Positions 15,375 to 24,109 of a stretch of DNA of 26,008 nt are shown one piece after another; position 1 is the first letter of the stretch; each line of letters starts with the position of its first letter. Under the pieces are notes generated by a model that saw nothing but the letters and a program-made list of their open reading frames with translations, was not told the origin of the DNA and made no database searches. The stretch spans positions 1-26,008 of IMG/VR virus record IMGVR_UViG_3300047363_000156. One strand, written 5' to 3'. This stretch comes from a virus (Duplodnaviria; Caudoviricetes). The translations under genes and the position numbers were made by a program.

Positions 15375-15575
15375 TTACTTACCTAAACTAATGAATTGAC
15401 CTACATTGATCTTGGCAATATCGCAGACCTTAATAACAATAGATAGTTTAAGGTCTCTTGAGTTTTGCCAGCGATTAATTTGATTGGGCGCAACGCCTAG
15501 CTCATCTGCAAGTATGTTGCGGTTTAGACCTCCCTCCCGCATAACAGCGGATAGGGCTTTTCCTGCGTGAAACAT
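15375..15575 (-). CDS. Cro/C1-type HTH regulator
   Basis: RNILADELGVAPNQINRW; GGAGG RBS. Confidence 0.8.
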   Translation of the reverse strand: MFHAGKALSAVMREGGLNRNILADELGVAPNQINRWQNSRDLKLSIVIKVCDIAKINVGQFISLGK

Positions 15576-15602
15576 ATTTGATCCTCCAAAGTAACAAAAA
15601 TG

Positions 15603-15633
15603 ATTGTAACATGGAAAATAAATAATGTATAAT
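15603..15633. promoter_or_regulatory. overlapping divergent promoters
   Basis: - strand ATGTTACAAT (15612-15603) toward the HTH/A1 operon; + strand TTGTAA (15604-15609), 18 nt, TATAAT (15628-15633). Confidence 0.6.
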
Positions 15634-15639
15634 ACTATT

Positions 15640-15697
15640 GTTGTTGATATTTCATGTTGTACTCCTCCCTTTTGCCCCGCTAGTCGGGGCTTTTTTT
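15640..15697 (+). ncRNA. putative small RNA with anti-SD sequence
   Basis: Lies between a + strand promoter and a + strand terminator; no + strand gene; contains UUGUUG and CAUGUUGUACUCCUCCC. Confidence 0.5.
15674..15697 (+). terminator. rho-independent terminator
   Basis: GCCCCG-ctagt-CGGGGC followed by T7 on the + strand only. Confidence 0.8.
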
Positions 15698-16037
15698 AAT
15701 AGGGCCAACTGACAGGGGTAGTTTCCCGATCATCAACATGAATAAAAGACTTGTGAACACCTATACCTTTAAATCCCATCTCGTAGGCGTGTTTTTGGAT
15801 GATGTATCTTTGGTTTCCACCTGACACTTTAATGTCGGCGGCAATGCCTTGCGCGTGAGTGCCTGGCTTGGGCTTTCTCTTTTCAATACTGTGCCGTGAA
15901 CTTCTGTAACCGCTTGTGATAATAAATGGGAATCCGCAACGGTGGCGCAGCTCGTCCAATCGCTCCAAGAAGTCTGGGCACATTTCATTCTCACCTGTCT
16001 CCTGACAGTTAAAATCTTCTAGCTTAAAGTATCTCAC
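15696..16037 (-). CDS. endolysin, peptidase M15 family
   Basis: YFKLEDFNC...ITSGYRS...H.QGIAADI...GIG....FIHVD. Confidence 0.9.
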   Translation of the reverse strand: MRYFKLEDFNCQETGENEMCPDFLERLDELRHRCGFPFIITSGYRSSRHSIEKRKPKPGTHAQGIAADIKVSGGNQRYIIQKHAYEMGFKGIGVHKSFIHVDDRETTPVSWPY

Positions 16038-16252
16038 TCCGGCAACCTAGACAATATTTCCTTTACGTCCTCTCTAATGGTCTCAACATTATCGTAGATA
16101 CGCTGCTCTTTTTCGGTCAACACGGTGATGGATTGCTCATTCTTAACCGATCTTGCTTCGGCCTCTGATATGGTTTGACTGAACCCTAGTATGACAGCCG
16201 CAGATATAGTAATTGCTACGCCAGTGCCTATGTCTTTAAAGCTCGCTTTCAT
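16034..16252 (-). CDS. single-TM coiled-coil lysis-cassette protein (holin-like)
   Basis: One TM helix plus amphipathic C-terminus; ATGA-coupled to both neighbours. Confidence 0.65.
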   Translation of the reverse strand: MKASFKDIGTGVAITISAAVILGFSQTISEAEARSVKNEQSITVLTEKEQRIYDNVETIREDVKEILSRLPE

Positions 16253-16581
16253 TTCTTAGCCCTTATCTGATTAGCCAGATTAGATAGTTTTGGCAGCCCC
16301 CAAACGGCTCCCACCATTGAAAACCATAGCTGTAGATACCACTCAGGTAACAGATTCAGCGCATCAATGCCTTGCAATGCTGCCTCTCTCGTATAAGGCA
16401 TGAACACCATTATCATTGGGATAGAGTGAAGCAAGAGCAAGTAGTCATCCATCCAACCAGCATTTTGGCCTCTAATTTTGATGGCTTCTATCGTTGCGTT
16501 TTCTTTAGCTTCTGCAATGCGCCCTCGTCTTTCGACAAAGCTCGTTACACCTTTCACGACCAATCCAATTAAAGGGTTCAC
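16249..16581 (-). CDS. putative holin (3TM-type)
   Basis: GWMDDYLLL...P.WY..L...MVGAVWG; hydrophobic segments; lysis context. Confidence 0.7.
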   Translation of the reverse strand: MNPLIGLVVKGVTSFVERRGRIAEAKENATIEAIKIRGQNAGWMDDYLLLLHSIPMIMVFMPYTREAALQGIDALNLLPEWYLQLWFSMVGAVWGLPKLSNLANQIRAKK

Positions 16582-16583
16582 AG

Positions 16584-16787
16584 TTACTTCTCCGACACCG
16601 GCATAGTGGTCAAAAACCTTAGGACCACAATAGCACTACCAAGCCCTGACCCTGCCAGCATTTGCTGGAAAGGCGTGAGGTCGATTTGCAAGATGTACGT
16701 TTGCGCGTAGGTCAGTCCGACCACGCATAGCCCAAGTATGACTGTGCGTGATTTGCGTGCTTGTTTGAGTTGGGTTAGGGTGATCAT
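16584..16787 (-). CDS. putative two-TM holin-like protein
   Basis: KSRT...TM...TM-LRFLTTMPVSEK pattern. Confidence 0.7.
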   Translation of the reverse strand: MITLTQLKQARKSRTVILGLCVVGLTYAQTYILQIDLTPFQQMLAGSGLGSAIVVLRFLTTMPVSEK

Positions 16788-18373
16788 TGTGCGTCCTCCA
16801 GCGTCTTAATACGAGCCTCTAGCTCTTGGATTGTGGCAACTAACAAAGGTACTAGCTTGCTCTGGTCTATAGCTTGGTAGTCTGGTACTTCGCGCTCGGC
16901 CATGACAGCCTCAGAAACAAGTACGCTTTCTGTACGTTCTTCTTGAGCCTCTACCGCCTCAACAACGATGTTACCCTCGTCGTCGTACTCAGCTTCTGCA
17001 GCCTCAACCGCAGGAACCACAACGTCCTCGTAAACTGCTGGCTCTGCTTCGTACTCTTCGGTACGCATAGCGTCTTTTTCGCCTGTTACGGCTTCAGGAA
17101 CAACCTCTTGAGCCTCATGCGCCAAGAATCCATCAACCCTTGAACCGTCAGCCTTCCAAACAAAATTGCATGGATTAAGCTGTAAAAGTCTATCCGTTGC
17201 ATTTTCGATAGGTTGTACATCCTCTTTAAGGCGGTAGTCTGACGAGGTGTTGTAGGCTACTCCTGTTGTCCCGCTTTGGACAATAGCTCCAATGGTAGTT
17301 CCATCATATACAAACCCATGATAGTAATTACCAGTAGTTACCCCTGCGGCGTGACCAGTTAGCATATAGTCTACTGCTCCTGTTACAAGGGCGTGACCCC
17401 CTCCAGTTACACTGGTGCTAGTAGTACCCGCCAAAAGATTGCCGCTATTATCTAATACAAGTTTTGCGGATAGTCCACCAGCGTCAGTAGCGTTACCTTC
17501 GTCCGTTCCTATGAAAAAAGCATCACCAGCTATTTGATCACTATCAGCCCTACCCATCCACCATTTATCTACGCCGGCTGTTTGAAACCCAATAGAGTTA
17601 TATCTATTAGCTGGCGCATCTAGAATTATTGAGTTATTGCTAGTGTTACTAACTATTAAATCATCAGCGGACAAAGTGCCCGTTATGTCACAGCCTGTGG
17701 AGGTTGTGGAGAGCTTGGTTGCGCCATCGTAGGACAGTCTTACGTCTCCGTCCTGATTGACCTGTAACATATCCTCGTTGCCAGCCGCATTCCTGATTCT
17801 AAAATCGCTAGCTAGAATTAAAAGATTGCCAGAGCCAGCGTCTTTTATGTAGCTATTTGACCCATCATGATAGATTTGAAGATCGTCAGAAGTGCCTAGA
17901 TTGATCTTCTTGTTATCGGGCAGACTTACACCCGTGGAATTGAATTCCACAGTGTCAGCACCGCCAACCGTGGCGACCCATGTGTTAGAGCCACTTCGGT
18001 AAAACCCGTTGTCTTGGTCTTGATTAAACGTGATGCCTGGGCTTGTTTCTGACCCATCGTTAAACTTACCTGCACCGGCGTTATTGGCAATAGTTGCATA
18101 ATCCGATATTAAGTCAGTCACATCGGATGCGAGATCGGCAACCAGTGATTGCGTTGGAACAATCTCGTAGGATAAGCCGCTTTGTGTAGAGCCAAGATAG
18201 TTTTTGCCCAGCGTGATGCTAGTCGCGGAGTTAATAGCCGAAATCTCGTACAGCTCTCCTGCGATAAGCATTGCCTCGCCCACCTGTGCGCCTGTGATCC
18301 ATTGCGTACCGCTACCAGTGACAGCGCTGGAGCCGTTGGTTACGCTTATTGTGCCTGTGTTATACCATGACAT
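16784..18373 (-). CDS. tail fibre/spike with C-terminal peptidase S74 intramolecular chaperone
   Basis: N-terminal WYNTGTISVTNGS..VTGSGT.W anchor; DLQIYHDG; TSSDYRLKE cleavage motif; GFLAHE; LVPLLVATIQEL. Confidence 0.88.
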   Translation of the reverse strand: MSWYNTGTISVTNGSSAVTGSGTQWITGAQVGEAMLIAGELYEISAINSATSITLGKNYLGSTQSGLSYEIVPTQSLVADLASDVTDLISDYATIANNAGAGKFNDGSETSPGITFNQDQDNGFYRSGSNTWVATVGGADTVEFNSTGVSLPDNKKINLGTSDDLQIYHDGSNSYIKDAGSGNLLILASDFRIRNAAGNEDMLQVNQDGDVRLSYDGATKLSTTSTGCDITGTLSADDLIVSNTSNNSIILDAPANRYNSIGFQTAGVDKWWMGRADSDQIAGDAFFIGTDEGNATDAGGLSAKLVLDNSGNLLAGTTSTSVTGGGHALVTGAVDYMLTGHAAGVTTGNYYHGFVYDGTTIGAIVQSGTTGVAYNTSSDYRLKEDVQPIENATDRLLQLNPCNFVWKADGSRVDGFLAHEAQEVVPEAVTGEKDAMRTEEYEAEPAVYEDVVVPAVEAAEAEYDDEGNIVVEAVEAQEERTESVLVSEAVMAEREVPDYQAIDQSKLVPLLVATIQELEARIKTLEDAQ

Positions 18374-18397
18374 TTGTTTTACCTCTGTTATCTTCTA

Positions 18398-18407
18398 AGT
18401 ATATCAT
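18398..18407 (-). promoter_or_regulatory. extended -10 promoter upstream of tail fibre
   Basis: ATGATATACT in the short intergenic gap, followed by GAGGT RBS. Confidence 0.5.
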
Positions 18408-18434
18408 TCTTTGGCTAATTCAAAAAATGTCAGT

Positions 18435-21400
18435 CTAAAGAATAGACGGATTTATCGAGTTAGTTGACTGACTGACAGTCGCCCCTGATATAGTGTGCGT
18501 AATTGTCCAACTCCAAGTTTTCATTACGGGACTTGTCTGGTAAGTGATAGAGCTAATTGTAAACTGACCAGTGTCGCCGCTGGTTTCTGTCACAGTAATA
18601 GAGCTAGCGCCAAGCGATGCCCACGTTCCCGATTCTGGACTTGCGTTAATGCCAACCGAATGAGTGTACCCACCCGAAGCCGTAACAGTGTACCCACTAG
18701 AGTAGCTGTTCGGGCTTGTTGCGCTTGCACTAGCATAAGTAAACGAAATTGACGCGGGAGACGTTTCTAGCGATGTTTCTGTGACTGTTGCAGCTCTCAG
18801 CAAACTTACCGCCCCCCACGATGCTGTTGTGGTTCCTGCACCAATTCTGCCTATATCGGCCTGTACAACGTAAATATTATCGGTGGTGTTAGGTATACCA
18901 AGCGTCCAGCCCGTAGGCGGGTTAGTAGTAAACGAAAAAGCACCTGTGTTCGTGTACGTCATCGAGGAATCACTTGGAGATGATGGCGCAGACGATCCCT
19001 GATAATAAATAGATACAGTGTCATTAAACGGGGTCAAACCGCCCTGAACCAGGCCATCAGTAGTATTGAAGTATAAAAATGACGCAACATTCCCAAACGT
19101 AAATGAGCCAGCCGCTAGATCAATAGCAGTGCCTGACTGTGAGCCTGTCGGCGCTTGACCCGCTGTTGGCGTGTTGGTGGTGTTGTTTATAGTTCCCGCT
19201 GTAACTGCCCCCAAGTCGGCGTTAATAGCGGCAAGATTGTCAACATTTATTTCTGTGGCAGTAATCGCGTTAGGCGCTACTTGATCATTCTCAATCGCAT
19301 TATCAGCGATATTATCAGTGTCAACCTCGCCGTTAATATCCTGCAAATCGGGTAGGTTGTTTGCATCAAACGTGCCTGTAACCGTTGCATTGGTCACATT
19401 TAAATTGTTGGCAGTAATGTCGCCAGAAATAGTTGCAGAGGTTGCTGTAAGCGCCCCCTCTGGGGTTACTCTAAACTCTGCGCTTGCAAAGGTTTCATCG
19501 CCCAAATAAATACCGTTTGTATCGGCCTTAAATACACTGCTACCTGAGCCAATTTTTACGTCTACACCATCAATAGAACCTGCCGTTATTGACCCCAAAT
19601 CAGCACTAATTGCCGCTAAATCATCAACATTAATTACGCCAGCGTTTACCTCAACATCAGTGCCAAACTTTACTTTGTTGCTTTCATATACAAAAACCTC
19701 AACACCAGACTGACTAGCACCACCAGCGGGATCAACCACCTTAAAGCTGTCGGTAGTGATAACAAAGCTACCAGAATTTCCGTCGTTATTCTGCACAAAG
19801 CCGGTAACGTAGCCGTTAACATCAAGCGCAACACCGTATCGAGCCTCAAGCGTTCCAAGTGAGTTTACATTAGCTTCTTGGTTGCTTGTAATAGTAGCAG
19901 AATTTTCTCCAACCGTAGCAGTCAAGCTAGTTATGTCAGCCGCCAACGCGCTGTCTCCGTCAGCCCTTGCAGCTTGCTCTGTCGTAATGCTTGCAGAGTT
20001 TGCATTTACAGTCGCGGTCAATGAGTTTACGGTAGTGGTCAGCGCGGCATCTGCATCAGCTCTGGCGGTTGACTCTGACAAGATGCTGGCTTTGTTGTCG
20101 TCAATAAGTGCAACCAGTTCGGTTTTGTCCTGAGCCGTAGCTTGCCTCAACTCGTTAACGTGAGCCGACATTCCAGACTGTGCAAAAGCCAAGTCCGTTC
20201 GTATTTCTTCCTGATTCTTATAGGCATTCATTAAGCCCTGCAGCGTAGTGATTGCGGAATCATCAAGTTCCTGTTTGAGCGTTCGGCTATCAATGATCGT
20301 CTGCGTAATGCTCGGCACATCGAGCGCGTTAAGCGTAACCTCTGCACTGCCCACCCTTGTATCAAGCGCACTTAGGTCGGTGGAGCTTGCCTTTAGCGCA
20401 ATAGCCGCCTCAGCCCCATCAATATCTGCCTCTGCTGTTGTCAGCCTAACATTAATTCCTGAAACCGTGGTTGAGTCTGCCTTTAACGCAATCGCCGCCG
20501 TGTTTCCATCAATGTCAATTTCGGCTTGGTCAATCTGCGCTTCAAGCGCGTTCAGTGAGGCAAGGTCTGCCGAATCCAAGACTGCCGCCGCGATGCTGTT
20601 ATTGACGTAGGTGGTCGATGCCTTGAGTGCTATTTCTGCCTCAGCCGCATCCAAATCTACCGACACCGTATTGATCTGGCTTTCTAGCGTACTTCGCAAA
20701 CCCTCAACGGCCTGTATGGTTACAGCGCCAGTGCTAGGGTCAACCGTAATCCCTGCATCAGATATTGTGCCAAGCGTTTCATTTTGAGTAGTTGCAAGCG
20801 TCAGCATTCTCTCAGCAATGGTATCTAGCGTATTGCCTGTATCCTGAACCTCGTCAATGATTTGATCAACGTCTGTTTGCTCGGCCTTGGCTGCAATCGT
20901 GCCTTGCAGACTGCTAGACAATATATCGAGATCAACCGAGCCATCAGCAAGGTCGGCTGGCTGGATAAGCGTTGATGTAGCATTACCAGCTAACACCCAA
21001 GCAGAGGCGTTACCTGTCCTGTCAACAGACCGCAACCAATAGTAGCGCGTCACCTCAGCCGTATACCCTGAATCAGAATACGACTCACCACTACTTCTGT
21101 CTATGTATACTGCATTTCCCTCAGTTGAATCATTAGACCGCTTGATTTCAACGTGCGAAAAATCCTTTTCAGACGGAACCGTCCACGATACCGTAATGGT
21201 CTTAAACGAGCCTGTAACGCTCATAGCCGTAGGCACAGATGGCGCAACCGCATCGACCGCAACTACAGGTGTGGCGTTAGCGTAAGGCGAAGCCCTGCCT
21301 AGCTCATTGATCGCCTTAACTCGAATATTGTACGTTTGACCGCTTTGCAGGTTTACAATGGTTGCGGGTGAAGTTTTAGTTTCTAGCTGGTAGTAGGTAG

Positions 21401-23015
21401 ACGCGCCTGACAGTTTCCACTCAACCACATAATGATCGTTAAACGCATCGTCTACACTGTCCCAGCTAACATCAAACGCTATGTTAAAAACGCCATCTGC
21501 TGTGACAAAAGAATCACCTACAACGCTTAAATTTGTTGGGGCGGCAGACGCGGAGCCATCGTAAAGATCAACCTCGCCCGCACCTAAAAATACTTCCTCG
21601 TCTGAGGTAGTCCAATCCCAAATATTTGCTGCTGTCTCAATGGCTTGGACTGACACGCCCATACCACCATTCGGCGCAAAGCTCATTCGGTAGTCTATTA
21701 CCTCAAACTCTTTTTGATTGTAGCCGAGTCGCTCGTTTGTGACGTAGATAATCTCGCCAACTTTAAATTTAAGCGCGTTCAGGTTGCAGGTAAAATTAAT
21801 TGCTTCTTGCTGGCGGCTTGCAAGCAACGCTAGTTTAGCAATTCTTTGCGCTCTAGCATGGTGCGTTGTGAACGGTAGAGTCATATCAAGATAGCGCGGG
21901 TCGCCATCGTCAGCTTCAAACGTGCTTGAAATCTGCGCGGGATAATCTGCCAAAATGTAATTATCCTCAGCGGATAAAAACACCCCTTTGACCCCGTTGT
22001 ACATGCTTCTGCGTGATTGCTTTGTCTGCACGTTTATTTCACCCGTGATCATGCTTTCGTCAATCGTGATTGTGGGGGCAACGTATTCCCCAGCGTACAG
22101 CTCAAACTTGCCGCCAACGTAAGTAATGCGGCCAATCATGGACGTTAGCATCTGCTCCAAATTGTCTTGGATGGTGTTAGCGGTGTCTACAACGCCGTTG
22201 AGAGTGTATCTAGCCTGTGTCGATGCGTCAGCCAATGTCACGGATTCATCACAAACGCTTGCAGCATCAGTAACCGATGATGTTAATATTTCACTTACCG
22301 AAGCGCCTAGACCCTGGCTGTCACGCAAATAATCATAAACACATAGCGCGGTGTTGTCTGTCCACTCAGTAACGTCAGTCGATGGATTGTATACCGGCTT
22401 ACCTTTGATTACCGCCGACACGTTGGGTAATCCTTGTGCAAATTGCTCTTGATCGTAGGTCAGCCGAACAACCATATAAGCTACGCCTAACAGCTTGTGA
22501 TCTGCTGTCCACTTATTAGAGGCAGACACTAAGCCTGAGTCTGCTGTGGTTTGCGTTCCATCGTAAAAGCTAATGCTGGCAAAGCTGCCCCAATCAAGCG
22601 AATTATCGTCATCGCTTGGAATGTCAACGTACGACCCATTCTCCCATATCTTTTGATCGTTGAAATAAACTTCTTCATAGCTTTCAATTTGATGGCTTGC
22701 AACGGTCATCACCAAATAAATGTATTTGTTATCAGTGCCGCTGGATTCTAGGTAGACAACATTCCCGCCAACACGAGTTTTACCGTAAACGAGCTTGCGA
22801 GACTGCGCCGGCTCTCGCGTCATTACAGCCTGACCTGAAAGCTGAGTGCCTAGTCTTGGCTTGGGAGCTAGTGCTTGGCTAACTGCCGCCAAAGCTGTAA
22901 ATGTGGCAAATGTAGAGAATAACGTAAACCCTGCCGCCGTAAAAGCCGCATAGCCTCCAGCCGCAATGACAGCGCCAGCCGTTGCAATGATTCCGCTAAT
23001 AATTGCCGTTGCCAT
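18435..23015 (-). CDS. tail tip / host-specificity protein (lambda J-like) with FN3 domains and coiled coil
   Basis: 1526 aa; VYGKTRVGG, WTDNTALCVYDYL, RYTLNG; FN3-like segments; long Ala/Thr heptad region; LDVNGYVTGF. Confidence 0.88.
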   Translation of the reverse strand: MATAIISGIIATAGAVIAAGGYAAFTAAGFTLFSTFATFTALAAVSQALAPKPRLGTQLSGQAVMTREPAQSRKLVYGKTRVGGNVVYLESSGTDNKYIYLVMTVASHQIESYEEVYFNDQKIWENGSYVDIPSDDDNSLDWGSFASISFYDGTQTTADSGLVSASNKWTADHKLLGVAYMVVRLTYDQEQFAQGLPNVSAVIKGKPVYNPSTDVTEWTDNTALCVYDYLRDSQGLGASVSEILTSSVTDAASVCDESVTLADASTQARYTLNGVVDTANTIQDNLEQMLTSMIGRITYVGGKFELYAGEYVAPTITIDESMITGEINVQTKQSRRSMYNGVKGVFLSAEDNYILADYPAQISSTFEADDGDPRYLDMTLPFTTHHARAQRIAKLALLASRQQEAINFTCNLNALKFKVGEIIYVTNERLGYNQKEFEVIDYRMSFAPNGGMGVSVQAIETAANIWDWTTSDEEVFLGAGEVDLYDGSASAAPTNLSVVGDSFVTADGVFNIAFDVSWDSVDDAFNDHYVVEWKLSGASTYYQLETKTSPATIVNLQSGQTYNIRVKAINELGRASPYANATPVVAVDAVAPSVPTAMSVTGSFKTITVSWTVPSEKDFSHVEIKRSNDSTEGNAVYIDRSSGESYSDSGYTAEVTRYYWLRSVDRTGNASAWVLAGNATSTLIQPADLADGSVDLDILSSSLQGTIAAKAEQTDVDQIIDEVQDTGNTLDTIAERMLTLATTQNETLGTISDAGITVDPSTGAVTIQAVEGLRSTLESQINTVSVDLDAAEAEIALKASTTYVNNSIAAAVLDSADLASLNALEAQIDQAEIDIDGNTAAIALKADSTTVSGINVRLTTAEADIDGAEAAIALKASSTDLSALDTRVGSAEVTLNALDVPSITQTIIDSRTLKQELDDSAITTLQGLMNAYKNQEEIRTDLAFAQSGMSAHVNELRQATAQDKTELVALIDDNKASILSESTARADADAALTTTVNSLTATVNANSASITTEQAARADGDSALAADITSLTATVGENSATITSNQEANVNSLGTLEARYGVALDVNGYVTGFVQNNDGNSGSFVITTDSFKVVDPAGGASQSGVEVFVYESNKVKFGTDVEVNAGVINVDDLAAISADLGSITAGSIDGVDVKIGSGSSVFKADTNGIYLGDETFASAEFRVTPEGALTATSATISGDITANNLNVTNATVTGTFDANNLPDLQDINGEVDTDNIADNAIENDQVAPNAITATEINVDNLAAINADLGAVTAGTINNTTNTPTAGQAPTGSQSGTAIDLAAGSFTFGNVASFLYFNTTDGLVQGGLTPFNDTVSIYYQGSSAPSSPSDSSMTYTNTGAFSFTTNPPTGWTLGIPNTTDNIYVVQADIGRIGAGTTTASWGAVSLLRAATVTETSLETSPASISFTYASASATSPNSYSSGYTVTASGGYTHSVGINASPESGTWASLGASSITVTETSGDTGQFTISSITYQTSPVMKTWSWTITHTISGATVSQSTNSINPSIL

Positions 23016-23024
23016 TTCAGCCCC

Positions 23025-23474
23025 TTACAAAAAACACTTGTGATAGACGCGCTCTAGCAAACGAAAGCCCATCCTATTCATTAGACTATCAAACGGATAA
23101 TCTACTTTCATATTTAACGTCATTAATGACGCGCCTAACAATTTACACTGTTGCTCCGCGTATTGAATCAGTTTTGACCCCGCCTCGCTTTTTCTGTAAG
23201 CCGGTTTGATATAAATAACATCGGTTGACGCAAATATATGGTCTTTGTGGTGCATACTTTTGGACACCATAACCACACAATAGCCAATTAACTCTAACCC
23301 TAGCCTAGCCGTAAATATCTTTAAAATGCCAGCCGCATCCAATCGAGCGTACTCTACCCAATCTGGACTAAGCAAGATAGTATCCTGATTAGGCTCAGTC
23401 TCAGCCCAATGCAAGTCTAAAAGCGGCATCATGTCGGGCTTCACGTTAGCCAGTGATTCGTGAGCAAATATCAT
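23025..23474 (-). CDS. GNAT acetyltransferase
   Basis: DVIYIKPAYRKSEAGSKLI...RMGF acetyl-CoA-binding pattern. Confidence 0.8.
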   Translation of the reverse strand: MIFAHESLANVKPDMMPLLDLHWAETEPNQDTILLSPDWVEYARLDAAGILKIFTARLGLELIGYCVVMVSKSMHHKDHIFASTDVIYIKPAYRKSEAGSKLIQYAEQQCKLLGASLMTLNMKVDYPFDSLMNRMGFRLLERVYHKCFL

Positions 23475-24109
23475 CTGGATTGATTAAAGCTCCCGTCTTG
23501 GTTTCTTCCTCCACCAGTAGAGCTTCCCGCGCTTGATGGCGTTGGGCGACCCCAGAATATTTCTTTTTCTACAATAGATGTGACAAACTCAAACCCCTTA
23601 TCCGTGGGATGATCAATTTTCTGATCTTGGTCTGTGTATCGCCTTATTCTTGACTGCTCTAAAGATATTAAGCGGCTCTCTACTGCAATGTTAATCGTAG
23701 AATACTCACCAGCCTCCGTAATGCTCATTACATCCATTAGGCCGCTAAAAGCAACCATTGGATCAGCAATCAAATCACCCGCCGCATCAAATGCACCAAA
23801 GTAGAGTGTTAACGGTCTGCCTTGATAATCCTGATCTTTTGCCAGTGCAACAAGCGATGTTTTAGCCCCTGTAAGCGAAACCGTAATTCCTGTCGCTTGT
23901 ATTTCGGAGGACTCTTGAATTTCGCTAATAGATAAAAGATCGCCAAGCCCAGTATAGGTATTACCAGAATAAGTGAGATTGCCGTTACCAGTCCATACAT
24001 GCAACTCCTCAATAGCCTCGCCGCTATCAAACTCCATCTTGACCAAAAAGACCGGCCTGACCTCGCCTGATTCAACAGCCGCTTGCATATCATTTGATAG
24101 CCCCCTCAT
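23471..24109 (-). CDS. minor tail (tail tip/hub) protein
   Basis: YTGLGDLLSIS...FSGLMD...RRYTDQDQK...P.DKGFEFV...I.WG; position after the distal tail gene. Confidence 0.8.
   Translation of the reverse strand: MRGLSNDMQAAVESGEVRPVFLVKMEFDSGEAIEELHVWTGNGNLTYSGNTYTGLGDLLSISEIQESSEIQATGITVSLTGAKTSLVALAKDQDYQGRPLTLYFGAFDAAGDLIADPMVAFSGLMDVMSITEAGEYSTINIAVESRLISLEQSRIRRYTDQDQKIDHPTDKGFEFVTSIVEKEIFWGRPTPSSAGSSTGGGRNQDGSFNQSR

Noticed and set aside
17932-17940. CCGTGGAAT copy in the tail fibre gene
   Set aside because: Only 9 bp match inside coding sequence; consistent with chance.
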